A DNA stretch of 63,632 nt, the filler included, from Octopus bimaculoides (lineage: Eukaryota), in assembly GCF_001194135.2 (NCBI RefSeq). It is 4 parts of 3 records of this genome, joined end to end, with 100 filler letters (N's around TTAATTAATTAA, not from the genome) between each part and the next. Parts side by side here need not be neighbours in the genome. Positions count along the whole stretch, not along the records: positions 1 to 28,612 come from NC_068982.1; 3 more parts are not named here. The stretch is one strand, 5' to 3'. The notes beneath the pieces are model-generated. The model was not told the DNA's origin and searched no databases. It saw nothing but the letters and a program-made list of their open reading frames with translations. Position numbers and translations under genes: made by a program. Positions within the stretch are counted from its first letter, which is position 1; each line of letters starts with the position of its first letter. Shown piece after piece: positions 12,215-24,637 of the stretch.

Positions 12215-13930
12215 TTTGTTACCCTTTCACAACTTGATATGTAGCATTTGGTGATTGAGGGAGTTTGATGTTACTGCCCTCATCTGTCTTTCCTGCTGCC
12301 AAGAAGGTCCATCAGGAACTCTTGACAGGAGGAGATCCAGTTGTGTTTTGAAGATACTTACATCCACCCTATGTAGATCTCACTTGCTTTTGGGCAGAAT
12401 ACTGAAGAGATGTGAGCCCTTGAAACCCAAGCTGTTGCAATATCTCCACCTGTATCTTAATGGTCATGTAGGGATCTTTGACACTATGCAGTGACCCCAC
12501 TCCCGTTCTCTTGTTTGTTTAACTTTCGATATCAAACTTTGATTAAAAGTCCCTCCAGAATTTTCCAGATGTATATCACTGCATATCTTTCCCTCTTTCC
12601 TTCTAGGGAGTAGTAAGTTATTCATCCTTTTCTAGTAAGTGATCTATCTCACTGAGACGATGTTCTTTTCATAGCTTCGCTGGATTGCTTCGGGTTACGC
12701 CGTTAATATTACACTATATTTTACAGTGTTGGCGTGACCATAGTTGGGAGTAGCTGTCTTAGTAGCTGAATGCAAACATCCCGCAAAAGACCATCATGGT
12801 TTGTTGTTCTCTGTTTTGAAAGTGCTAAGGATCCATTCTGCCAGTCGTCTGCATTTTATTACTAAGTAACATTCACTAGGAAAGATGCATCATTACTCGT
12901 GTCAATGGCCAGGTCATGCACTTATGTGATTCAGGTATAGTAATCCCTCATGGGCCAATTTATCCTGTTTGCATTTCATTTACCTTCAAATGCTGGTAGC
13001 GCAGGGTTTGAAATTTTGTGGCATTAACCCTACGGAGGCCGGTGGGGTCCCTTGGGACCCCAGCAAATTTTAAAAGTTATGCAACTGTTACATTTTTTAT
13101 CTAAATGATTTCATATCTCATGACTTTTATTGTCAATAGTTTATGTATGCACATACAAATTTAGAATTAGAAATTTCCAGTCATACGGATGCTATAACAT
13201 AGAATATGGTCATTGGGGTCCAACTGGTCTTCTGTAAAATTATTTTTTTTCTGTTCTTTTTTCAGATATTCTGATGAACTATAAGTCAATTTTCTTCGTG
13301 TTTGTACTGGTATGAATCGATATACTTTTTCCTTTTATTCTTTTTGTTTTATTTTGTATTTAATGCTATATTTATAGTTTATAAAACTATAGAAAAAAGT
13401 ACTAAATTTCTTGTTCAGTATCATGCACTCACACATATATACAAGATTAAACAAATATTACTTTACGGAAATGTGCAAAAATAAAAGGTGACTGCAATGG
13501 CCTTTTGTATGATTCCAACACCGCCGGCGCAACATCTCCAGGGTTTTATATCCTGTGAGAGACATTTGTATCGTCTACATAACTAGCAAGAATGGGTATC
13601 TGAGCAGCAGAGGGCAAATCTAAGATGGCCACTATGAATAGCAATAGCCCCAAGGCAGTACCCTGTAGAACACAACTCACTATTTGTTGTTTCCTTAGAG
13701 TTGCCTCCATTGTCCGCCACTGCCTGACGTCTATCTTTTAAAATGTTGGGTTGCCACTCTCCAAGTTTTCCGACCATGACGAGATCAGGCAGTTTGTGGA
13801 ATATCATACCATAGGCGATTTTATCAAAGGCTTTTGCTAAGTTGAGATATATTACGTCCACACTTGAATTGTTTAGTAACTGCTTTAACAGCAAGTCTTA
13901 CTGTTGTAAGAACAGGTACCTCTGCTTGTT
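12215..13930 (-). mobile_element. CR1/Jockey-group LINE remnant (RT and C-terminus), interrupted at about 13024-13490
   Basis: VDVIYLNLAKAFDKIAYGMIFHKL...GKLGEW...LKDRRQAV (13583-13894), YVDDT (about 13560-13585), and C-terminal KCRRLAEWILSTFKT, EAIQRSY, FKTQLDLLLSRVPD (12250-12900). Confidence 0.8.
13028..13490 (+). mobile_element. piggyBac-like MITE/left-end fragment inserted in the CR1 remnant
   Basis: TTAA (13024-13027) followed by CCCT and a palindromic subterminal ggggtcccttgggacccc. No matching right TIR was found. Confidence 0.4.
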
Positions 13931-14969
13931 CAGAAGTAATTATTTCGAAACATTCGTTTCAGTATAGAAATCGACTGATTTGTGCGGAAGGTAAGCAGGG
14001 TTAAATTAACTCAATATAAACACGTGAAATAACATTAGATTAAAATAATGATGTCTATATTATTTACAATGTGTGATCCAAGGTCATATATTTTGAATTG
14101 AGTGACTTAGTGAAGGAGAGATGAAAAATACACATTATGAAATAGAGTAAACTTTAAGCTTTATTCTCCATGGATATTTCAAAAACATTCTACTTCAAGC
14201 AAACTATAATAGAGATGGAATATACAACTTTTGTAAAGTTAATATTACAATAGTCTAGGATGACACTTAAATCTATTTTAATACAGTTCATTCGACTATA
14301 TTTATCGTGGCATGCAAAACTACGTATGACCTTAAAGCATGTTATAAAATAACGAGTATCTAAGAATTCTACTTGATCATCTACTTTAAGTGCAATGGAA
14401 ATATTTTTATCTTCTAGATAAATTGCGTTATATGTATTTTCATCGGTTTGTTATAGATGGTAGGGATGCTGTGAGATAATAAACGGTTATGATCAGGTTA
14501 TCTACTGAGAAAGATTTAAATGTTTTCTGAAGTGAAATGTATATTTCTGAATTAGCTAAGGAATTTAGGAAATTATTTGGAAACTGTTCTTAAATTTCCG
14601 GAATATGACATACTTATGAAATTAAATAGATACTTTTCGAATATATCCAGGTATTTTCCGGAGATTTGATTAGATTTCGTATTAATTATTAATATTCGCC
14701 CCTAGTATTCCACCGTTAAAGAAGTATGCTTGCTTTCATCCTTTTTAATAACCTTTCAGTTTTCTCAATAAAATCTTTTAGGTTCTATTTCATGAAAATA
14801 GTCAACATAGTCTTGGTGATGAAAATTAACAGATGCTATTCTATCTTCAGTTGTATATATCCGTATATATATTGGTGCATTATTCTGAGAAGACTAAATG
14901 TGTATACAAAAAGATAAGTATAAACAGAAAGGAGAATGGTCGATGCTGGAAATAGTATATTATAATATA

Positions 14970-15959
14970 CTAATTGGATCTAAAACTTCATAATTCGTAA
15001 CTCCGAATTTCACTCTTCTGATCTTCGGGAGGGGAAAAATTGAAAAATAAAGTAGAATACCAGCACTAAGAATGTTCAATGTAAAGAAGAACTAAAACAA
15101 AATATATTAAAAAAAAAGTGATTGGCTAAAATTGAAATAATTAAGGATACAATGCGATAGAATTGAATGGGTCATGGTCAGTAGTGGTGTATTGATAGAA
15201 GGTGAAAGGCATTCAATGAAAACACTGAGCATGTTCAAATAATATATCATAAAGCTATAAATATTGAAAGAGCGAAAGAAAGAAACGATAAGTAAATAAG
15301 AAAATGTGAAATAAATAAAAGATTTAAATATCGGGAACTTTTAGGTTTCTTAAAATATTGTTGCTATTCATTCATTGGTGGATAAAATCTACAGTTCAGA
15401 ATGCACGCGCTACAAGTTATAACGACAAAGAAAATGAAAAGGGAAGACAGAGAAAGGAAGGAAACAATGGGGTCGAAAAGAGAAAAGAGTAAGAGAAAAC
15501 AAAGATGAGGAAGTGATAGAATGAGATTAAATAAATGAGAAAGAAAGAAAGAAAGAAAGAATAACAAATATCGTTGGATTAACTTTCTCAAAATGTTATT
15601 GCGTGTCTGTCGGTGTATAGAAAATATAAAACTCCTATCCTATGGAAACAAGTACAAAGTAGGTGCAATCTTGTATTCAAAGATATTTTAACACGAATTA
15701 ATGCAGGTACTTTTTGCTTTTACACGAAGAAGTAAATAGAGTTTATTTTTGGTATTCTCACGTTTGTAACCAGGCGCCGAAGCAAGAATAGACCAAACAA
15801 TTTGAAATTACTGTGAATAGTTTTTCTTATAATAGATGTCTCTCATCATTCTTGCTATAAACTTCGTATTAATAAACGATTGTTTCATTCTTCAAATTTT
15901 GTCATCAAAGCATAGAAACTCGGAGTTACGAAATATTAAGTTTCATCTTCAGCAATTAG
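14970..15959. mobile_element. Old non-autonomous TIR element (about 990 bp)
   Basis: Imperfect ~55-bp inverted repeats with core ttcgtaactccgaatttc (14994-15011) vs gaaactcggagttacgaa (15915-15932), 17/18 match, and outer ctaattg/caattag. No ORF. Confidence 0.55.
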
Positions 15960-16129
15960 ATTATATATGTGTGCGTTGGGTGGCAGGTGTGTGTATGTAA
16001 GTCCATGTGTGTATGTATATATGTATATGTGCAGATTTCTATGTTTTGTTTTATGCATGTATGTGTGTGTATGTATGTGTGTATGTATGTATGTGTGTGT
16101 AGGAATGTATGTCTGTAAAAGCATACTGC

Positions 16130-16270
16130 TGGTGTGGTGAATGGAGAATGTTTGGTTTGCAATTTTTGCAGTCGTGTATGCTTAACGGAGCCGCAAATAC
16201 CAAATATAAGTTAGTCCTAGAGCGCATAATGTTCCTGAAGGTCAGCAATGGTCTTCCTCGGACAGCTATC
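16130..16270 (-). mobile_element. Possible LINE (RTE/L2) C-terminal fragment
   Basis: Minus translation AVRGRPLLTFRNIMR resembles the RGRP.L.F.D LINE motif. Short and degenerate. Confidence 0.3.
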
Positions 16271-16586
16271 ATGTATGTATGTATGTATGTATGTATGTAT
16301 GTATGTGTGTGTGTGTTTGTGTATGTATGCATGTAATATGTATGTATGTATGTATGACTGTAAGCAAGTATGTATGTATATATATGTGATTGTAATTGAA
16401 ATTGCGTATGTGTGCGAGTGTGTGTATGTGTGTGTGTTCACAGAGTAAGTCCCTTTAGCTTTTGAATGACTAAATAATAGGGAGTTCGCCTCACAATCAT
16501 GAAAGCCGCGGTTTGATCCATTCACGTTATCTTGGGAATTGGGAGTGTCTTTACTCTAGCTTTGAGCTAACCCAAACTCTCTCGTT

Positions 16587-16655
<69 letters not shown>

Positions 16656-16678
16656 TTATATTTATATATATATCTTTA

Positions 16679-16926
16679 GAAGTAGTGTTTAACGCCACCT
16701 AGCGGACAAGTATCCATCACCGAGAAGTACCATAAAGAGGTTCAAACTCTACGGTCTCATTGTCTCGGGGTTAAAATAGTAAGGAATTCTCTCCTCATTT
16801 GCAATATATATCGAGGGCACAGTGCAGTAAATAACCAGCTGGAGGAGGCGCACTCTTGTGGTTCAAATAGCAGTATCATCGGTTCCTAGGGAACGCCCGT
16901 AGTTAGATGGTGTCAAACACTACTTC
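16679..16926. mobile_element. MITE with 25-bp imperfect TIRs
   Basis: gaagtagtgtttaacgccacctagc (16679-16703) vs gttagatggtgtcaaacactacttc (16902-16926), 21/25 complementary. No clear TSD. Confidence 0.6.
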
Positions 16927-18928
16927 ACAGTATAAATACTGCTTTGATCTGTTACAGAGATTTTCCTAACTACCTAATACGGACTTGTACTCTTTATTAG
17001 GAAGTAAACATTCTCGAGTAACACCAAATGCTCTACTTGCCCGCCTTCCATATTTCATCTATTTACACCTGAATCAGATACCGCTTCTATCCGCCTTGGA
17101 TAGGCATTTTCAACACCTCATTTCCATTCGCACTTCCAGCCGGAGTTTTTGTGGTAAACCGATCTGAGCACTCATTGTACATACTTACTAATATATGTCA
17201 ATCAACATATACTCCTTGTATTTCTTTTATTCGTTGGTTGGTTGGTTGGTTGGTTGGTTGGTTGGTTGGTTGGTTGGTTGGTTTCTGGTTGGTTGGTTTC
17301 TGTTTGGTTGGATGATTTTTTTTTTCGTTTACGTTTTACATCTTACACAGAGAGGGGAAAAAAGGAGTTGATATAAGAGACGCCGAATTAGAGCGCATAA
17401 CAAGCTTGGTATGAAGTAATGAATGATGAAGGCTACACAGTGTGAAGGAAGGGAATCCAGAGTCAGAGGAGGAGGTGGATAAGGAGTTAATGACGGGGTA
17501 GTTATGGGAGGGCTGAATGGAATGGTGGATAAATATACATTAATGCATGCGCATAACGAAAGATGTGAGTTATTGAATGCGTGACAATCGAACGGTTAAA
17601 AGGATTTAAACAACATGTATACAGATGCGTATAGTATGTATAAGGTAGCATACACATAATTAGGGAAAATACATTTTCACTTTCACTAAGAAAAGAAAAC
17701 GGTAATATATTATTTTAAGAACATGCAACTGCGGTATTGAAAATAAAGAAAAGGAAGACAGGAGAGCGCTTTTTTCTCCTGAGTAAGTGAAATGAATAAG
17801 TAAATGTATAAATGTCGGTTATTGAACATCATTTTTGTAGATTTGTTTTCATTTCGCCAAGAAATAAGACATTTGTTATATAAAAGAAAGATTCATGCAA
17901 AAATAATTACAAATTAGCAATTCAGTTCAAATTTCTTCATCGCAATTGGGTTTGATTTGTTTGCTTCTTCTTTGGTTGGGGGATGGATGGAGTGGAGTGG
18001 GTTCCTTTCATATATTTTTAACATTACGAAATGCCNNNNNNNNNNNNNNNNNNNNNNNNNNNNNNNNNNNNNNNNNNNNNNNNNNNNNNNNNNNNNNNNN
18101 NNNNNNNNNNNNNNNNNNNNNNNNNNNNNNNNNNNNNNNNNNNNNNNNNNNNNNNNNNNNNNNNNNNNNNNNNNNNNNNNNNNNNNNNNNNNNNNNNNNN
18201 NNNNNNNNNNNNNNNNNNNNNNNNNNNNNNNNNNNNNNNNNNNNNNNNNNNNNNNNNNNNNNNNNNNNNNNNNNNNNNNNNNNNNNNNNNNNNNNNNNNN
18301 NNNNNNNNNNNNNNNNNNNNNNNNNNNNNNNNNNNNNNNNNNNNNNNNNNNNNNNNNNNNNNNNNNNNNNNNNNNNNNNNNNNNNNNNNNNNNNNNNNNN
18401 NNNNNNNNNNNNNNNNNNNNNNNNNNNNNNNNNNNNNNNNNNNNNNNNNNNNNNNNNNNNNNNNNNNNNNNNNNNNNNNNNNNNNNNNNNNNNNNNNNNN
18501 NNNNNNNNNNNNNNNNNNNNNNNNNNNNNNNNNNNNNNNNNNNNNNNNNNNNNNNNNNNNNNNNNNNNNNNNNNNNNNNNNNNNNNNNNNNNNNNNNNNN
18601 NNNNNNNNNNNNNNNNNNNNNNNNNNNNNNNNNNNNNNNNNNNNNNNNNNNNNNNNNNNNNNNNNNNNNNNNNNNNNNNNNNNNNNNNNNNNNNNNNNNN
18701 NNNNNNNNNNNNNNNNNNNNNNNNNNNNNNNNNNNNNNNNNNNNNNNNNNNNNNNNNNNNNNNNNNNNNNNNNNNNNNNNNNNNNNNNNNNNNNNNNNNN
18801 NNNNNNNNNNNNNNNNNNNNNNNNNNNNNNNNNNNNNNNNNNNNNNNNNNNNNNNNNNNNNNNNNNNNNNNNNNNNNNNNNNNNNNNNNNNNNNNNNNNN
18901 NNNNNNNNNNNNNNNNNNNNNATATATA

Positions 18929-19093
18929 TGTTGTGCCGACGCCCTCAGGCGAAGAAGTAGGATCTCCCAAGACATATAAATAGAGGTAATCTGGCCGTGG
19001 TAGGAGTGTTGAGTAGCAGTCAAGTAGCAGTGGTGTAGCGGTTGAGTAGAGATCATCCGAAGGTGCTAAATAGCAGTAGCTTGAGGTATAACA
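18929..19093 (+). mobile_element. Short solo LTR (165 bp)
   Basis: TGTTGT...TATAACA termini, internal TATAAATAG box, flanked on both sides by ATATA (18924-18928, 19094-19098). Confidence 0.6.
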
Positions 19094-19129
19094 ATATATA
19101 TGCTGGACACTCCCATCGAAGATGACGTG

Positions 19130-19348
19130 TGAGTGTTCAGCTTTAGCCGAACGACCGGCACAAATTATTTGCTTATCGTGATCAAATGTATGTACTGTAC
19201 ATTAGCTCACACCCTCCATCAAATCCACTTTGGCTGTAAAGGTGCACAGTGTACAACGCGTCAGGTGTTGAAGTGATGGAATCGGGCCGGTCTAGGAACG
19301 GAAGCCACAATCTCGCGATCGTGAGTGCATCACCCTAACCACTAGATC
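19130..19348 (-). mobile_element. Degenerate tRNA-derived SINE
   Basis: Head (rc) atctagtggttagggtgatgcactcacgatcgcgagattgtggcttcc. Body similar to 37040-37305. Confidence 0.6.
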
Positions 19349-20056
19349 ATGCGTCATCACTATATACATACATACAGACACATATACACACACACGCACG
19401 AGCGCACACACACACACATATATATACCTGCATATATACATACATACTTACATGCATACATACGTACGTAGTTCATACATACATACATACATACATAAAT
19501 ACATACATACATACATACATACATACATACACAAAAACATACATACGCAACGAAATGTTTAGTAGGTCTTACTTTTTCTGAGGTTTGCTGTAGGTTTTTC
19601 AAGTGCAATCTGTATGGAAAATAGTGACAGCTCTAAGACTGTCAGGAATGGAGAGAAATGCAGTTGCATGCAGTAAGAGAAAGAGCCTCTTGCATGCTCT
19701 TGAACTAGCAGGAGGAGTTATTTTATTTTTCATCGTTTACTTGTTTCAGTCATTAGCTTGAGGTCATACCGGGGCAAAAGTAAACCAGAAGTGAAAAAAT
19801 ACAGTAAAAGATGTTACAATGTTGTACTGATGATCGTAATCACAATTTCGATTCCTAGATCCAGCAGTGAGTTGCGCTCTTCGGGAAAACAATTGATTTC
19901 AGGCTGCTCCAGTCAACTCAGTTAGCAAAAATGAGTATCTTGCGACGGATTACTCGTCCCATCCAGTGGGGAATGTATTCGCCACAGAATCCAGAAAACT
20001 AGCCTTACTACACTATCACTCGGGAGGGATCTTGATCCTCATATATACGTGTGCGT

Positions 20057-20380
20057 GTGGAGGCGCAATGGCCCAGTGGTTAGGGCAGCGGATTCGCGGT
20101 CGTAGGATCGCGGTTTCGATTCCCAGACCGGGCGTTGTGAGTGTTTATTGAGCGAAAACACCTAAAGCTCTACGAGGCTCCGGCAGGGGATGGTGGCGAA
20201 CCCTGCTGTACTCTTCCACCACAACTTTCTCTCACTCTTTCTTCCTGTTTCTGTTGTGCCTGTATTTCAAAGGGCCAGCCTTGTCATACTCCGTGTCACG
20301 CTGAATATCCCCGAGAACTACGTTAAGGGTACACGTGTCTGTGGAGTGCTCAGCCACTTGCACTTTAATTTCACGAGCAG
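20057..20380 (+). mobile_element. tRNA-derived SINE (OR-type-like), truncated by gap
   Basis: gtggaggcgcaatggcccagtggttagggcagcggattcgcggtcgtaggatcgcggtttcgattcccagaccgggcg. Near-identical to the rc of 52040-52363. Confidence 0.9.
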
Positions 20381-20670
20381 NNNNNNNNNNNNNNNNNNNN
20401 NNNNNNNNNNNNNNNNNNNNNNNNNNNNNNNNNNNNNNNNNNNNNNNNNNNNNNNNNNNNNNNNNNNNNNNNNNNNNNNNNNNNNNNNNNNNNNNNNNNN
20501 NNNNNNNNNNNNNNNNNNNNNNNNNNNNNNNNNNNNNNNNNNNNNNNNNNNNNNNNNNNNNNNNNNNNNNNNNNNNNNNNNNNNNNNNNNNNNNNNNNNN
20601 NNNNNNNNNNNNNNNNNNNNNNNNNNNNNNNNNNNNNNNNNNNNNNNNNNNNNNNNNNNNNNNNNNNNNN

Positions 20671-20718
<48 letters not shown>

Positions 20719-22851
20719 TACACATATATAAATTTCTGTGTGCATGCGCGTGTGCATGTGTGCTTGTGTATGTGAGTGTGTGTGTGCGCGCATGTGGTTG
20801 TATGTTTGTGTTTGTGTCTTAATATATCTAAATTTGGGTTTCGCCAAGTATGGCGAAAGCTAGGTTTAACTTAATAACACCACTTGATGAAGTGTATTGG
20901 GGTGTGATTTCTTTCGTTGTCGAACAAATTTTGATGACGCTTGTCTGTACAGTATTTAATAAAACGATTTGAGAAGCTATCGTGCGATTATCTTCCTCAT
21001 CTTCCACACTAATTCAGCGAGGTTTGGTCGCAATAAGTTTGCATTTTTGTGTTAGATTTTGTGCCAATTTAAAGTCTTCCTCAGCCACTTGTAGCACCGC
21101 AAGAAGTCAAATGAAATAGTTCTCTGATCCGTTCTGCTTTTCTTTTGTTTTGTTTTTTTTTTGTTTTTTACTTAACTTTTGAATGTAATTACAAATTTAT
21201 GAAAATTCTAGATAGTTGCAGATTTTTATGATTTTTATGATTTTTATGAAATCATTTTCAGATATTTTAGTAATACAAAATTCATTATCCATACTATTAG
21301 TTTAGAATTAGCCACGTAATTCATACCTAATTTTGATTATATTTCCAGATTGGTTTTTTTTTTAGATATTTTCAGATGAGTTTCTATTAATAAGAATTTC
21401 GACAACAATGTTATATTGTTGCAATTATCATAGAATATATAAGGGAGCTTATAGCAGAATATACAGTTACGAAAGTAGCATATTCAGATCGAACAACGTA
21501 AGATAACATATTTTTTAGCGAAAACATGTAGCTACCATACCGGCAAACAATAGCCTAGCTGCAAAACTTTTACACTGTCGACAAACATGTTTTTATATGG
21601 TCATGTGGTGCGATCGTAGATCTTCAAGTTGCCACAGAAAATTTACGTTCGCTATGGCAGAATATTCAAATATGACATTTAATTTTTCCTTATTAACATT
21701 GCAAAATCAAACGAAACCAAAAAGCTATTGACACAATTCTGTATTACATTGACTTTGTTCCAAAGAACTCGCCTATTGTTTTATTCTCTAAGAGTGTGGC
21801 TGTTATAATGTTTAAACGTATTCTATCTGTAAAGAGAATTTCTTGTAAATAACGATTTTGTTTCGTCAGCTGTTATGGCAATAAAATTGCAATAATGAAG
21901 TAATACAAATGTTTACATCGTGTTTTAGAAATCATGTACACAGAACAGAACATGTCTGGGATATATTTGCTTGGGTAGATTCTCCTAAGTTTCTACTAAC
22001 TATCTTAAGGTTTTTGCGTATGTTTTCTACATTACTTCCAATATCTTGAGACATAATTCAAGGTTCTTAGTATGAACGTCGGTATTAATATTTGACCTAT
22101 AACCTAAACACCCTACAATATTAAGGTTAGCTTCTTGATTACATACAGCTTGTCCGGTCTTGCTATCCTGTTGATTTTAATTCAGTGATTGTTAACTTCC
22201 AAATTTATCAACTTTTGTTGAAGAAAGTAGTTCCAGATATAATATTGACAGTGTTTATTGTGCTATTTGAAGAGTAGATAATTGATGAATATTTAGCATG
22301 AATTCAACAAATAAAAATATTACCTTGTATATAATTGGAATGCTTGAACGGAGATAATTTAAAGAAAATATATGTAGCTCGGCCTAGGGCATTATCAAAA
22401 CTGTATAAGTCAAAATCAGGAAAAAAAAAAGCATAGCTGGTTAGTGAGGCAATTAACGAACGCACTATAAACAAAAATAATCGTCGACAATTTTTTCAGA
22501 TTTTCCCTCCATAAATGGAACTGCATTAATACATACATACGTGCATATGTGCGTACATACATACATACATACATACATACATAACCCTATATNNNNNNNN
22601 NNNNNNNNNNNNNNNNNNNNNNNNNNNNNNNNNNNNNNNNNNNNNNNNNNNNNNNNNNNNNNNNNNNNNNNNNNNNNNNNNNNNNNNNNNNNNNNNNNNN
22701 NNNNNNNNNNNNNNNNNNNNNNNNNNNNNNNNNNNNNNNNNNNNNNNNNNNNNNNNNNNNNNNNNNNNNNNNNNNNNNNNNNNNNNNNNNNNNNNNNNNN
22801 NNNNNNNNNNNNNNNNNNNNNNNNNNNNNNNNNNNNNNNNNNNNNNNNNNN

Positions 22852-22895
<44 letters not shown>

Positions 22896-22962
22896 TAAAT
22901 ATATATACATATGTATACATGCCTACATACATATATGTGTGTGTAGACAGACAGACAGACAA

Positions 22963-22998
<36 letters not shown>

Positions 22999-23780
22999 CT
23001 ATTCTCATAAAAATTGTGAAATACTGCCGTATTGAAAATACTATTGTTTCTGCTTTTATATATTTTACATGCACCTGAAAAAATATGGGATTGTAGTTTG
23101 TAAAACATAGAATGTAAGCGTTCAGCGTAAAGCAATTTTTCATTCTATTTTATCATTTATTTTGATACAATAATATGATTCAAAGAAGTAATTGTAAAGA
23201 AATATCGACTGACCAATATAAGAACTCAATCAATTGACTATGAATGTGATGAATGAAAGCCTGTGCAGGTGAAATGTCATCTTAAAAACTAATCAAGTGG
23301 AATTTAGTTCAAACTTCGCAGATAAAATTGCTTCAGTGATAAAAGGCATATATAACCATTAAGCGAAACATAAAAACTGTGATTAGATGTCCGAAGAATT
23401 GTTGGATATTGTTTAGCACTGAAATTACACTGCAAATACTTTTGTAGATATAATAGCCTCTGCATCGCCTAATGAAAATTTCGTATCGAAAATCCTATAA
23501 AATGTTTACAGTTGTTATGTGGAATCAAGATTGTTTATCGTTTCCTTATAATTACTATTGTCAGTTTTGAGATGATATAATATGCATCTCTCGGGAGCAC
23601 GTTTAGTCGATATACGTTTAATTCCTGCGTCGCCTTTTCCTTGATCTGCCTGATCTGATTGCAAATTCACTACAAAGAAAAACAGTTGTTTGAAAAGATT
23701 CTCTCTTTCACTATGTTATTACGCTTCAGAATAAGATAACGACAGCAATAAAGATTAATACAAGATATATATACATGCAT

Positions 23781-23823
<43 letters not shown>

Positions 23824-24637
23824 TACACACACACACATACACACACACACACACATATATATANNNNNNNNNNNNNNNNNNNNNNNNNNNNNNNNNNNNN
23901 NNNNNNNNNNNNNNNNNNNNNNNNNNNNNNNNNNNNNNNNNNNNNNNNNNNNNNNNNNNNNNNNNNNNNNNNNNNNNNNNNNNNNNNNNNNNNNNNNNNN
24001 NNNNNNNNNNNNNNNNNNNNNNNNNNNNNNNNNNNNNNNNNNNNNNNNNNNNNNNNNNNNTATGTATATATATATATATATATATGCACGTATGTATTAT
24101 GGATATAAATACAGGTATAAATGTATATATATGTATATATACGTACATACATACATACATACCTACATATAGGAGAGTATTGTAGTTCGCTTGAAGCATT
24201 GTGCATTGTTTGTAAAGAATAAAATATTTTGAATGACACAACAATGCACTATAATACAAACAATGGACTATAGTAACTGTCGCAATTTAATGATCCATAG
24301 TCTGATATGATATTTCGGAATAAAATTCCTTCTTCAGATTTCCCTAAGAATTGATGAAGTCGCTGCTATAATCGGTTTTCCAACGACTTTTCTTTGTCTT
24401 TTCGGAAGCGTCTCAGCAGTGGCCTCACGAAGCTCCTTCCGGAATTCCTCATGAGAAGTGCGTGAGGTCGGCCATGTCTCAATCTCGTGTATGCTGGCAC
24501 ATCCTTAGCGCTGCTTCTAAGTTATGTGTTATACGTGCAGCTTCTCTTCTTTCTTCCCTTCTTTTTCCCTCTTTTTCTTGTTATAAACAATAGATGAGCA
24601 TGTTATCAAAAATGAACCTACACGCATCGAGATGTAG

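Noticed and set aside
17914-19056. Long ORFs (300-410 aa) here and at 30446-31286, 42598-43952, 58557-59329 and other gaps
   Set aside because: They are open only because they span N gaps and microsatellites.
20839-20863. 8-bp hairpin followed by CTAG (Helitron-like 3' end)
   Set aside because: No spacing between hairpin and CTAG, not followed by T, and no 5' TC end identified.
24340-24520. Minus-strand frame SHEEFRKELREATAETLPKRQRK
   Set aside because: Probably a LINE linker remnant, but too short to assign; not called as a gene.
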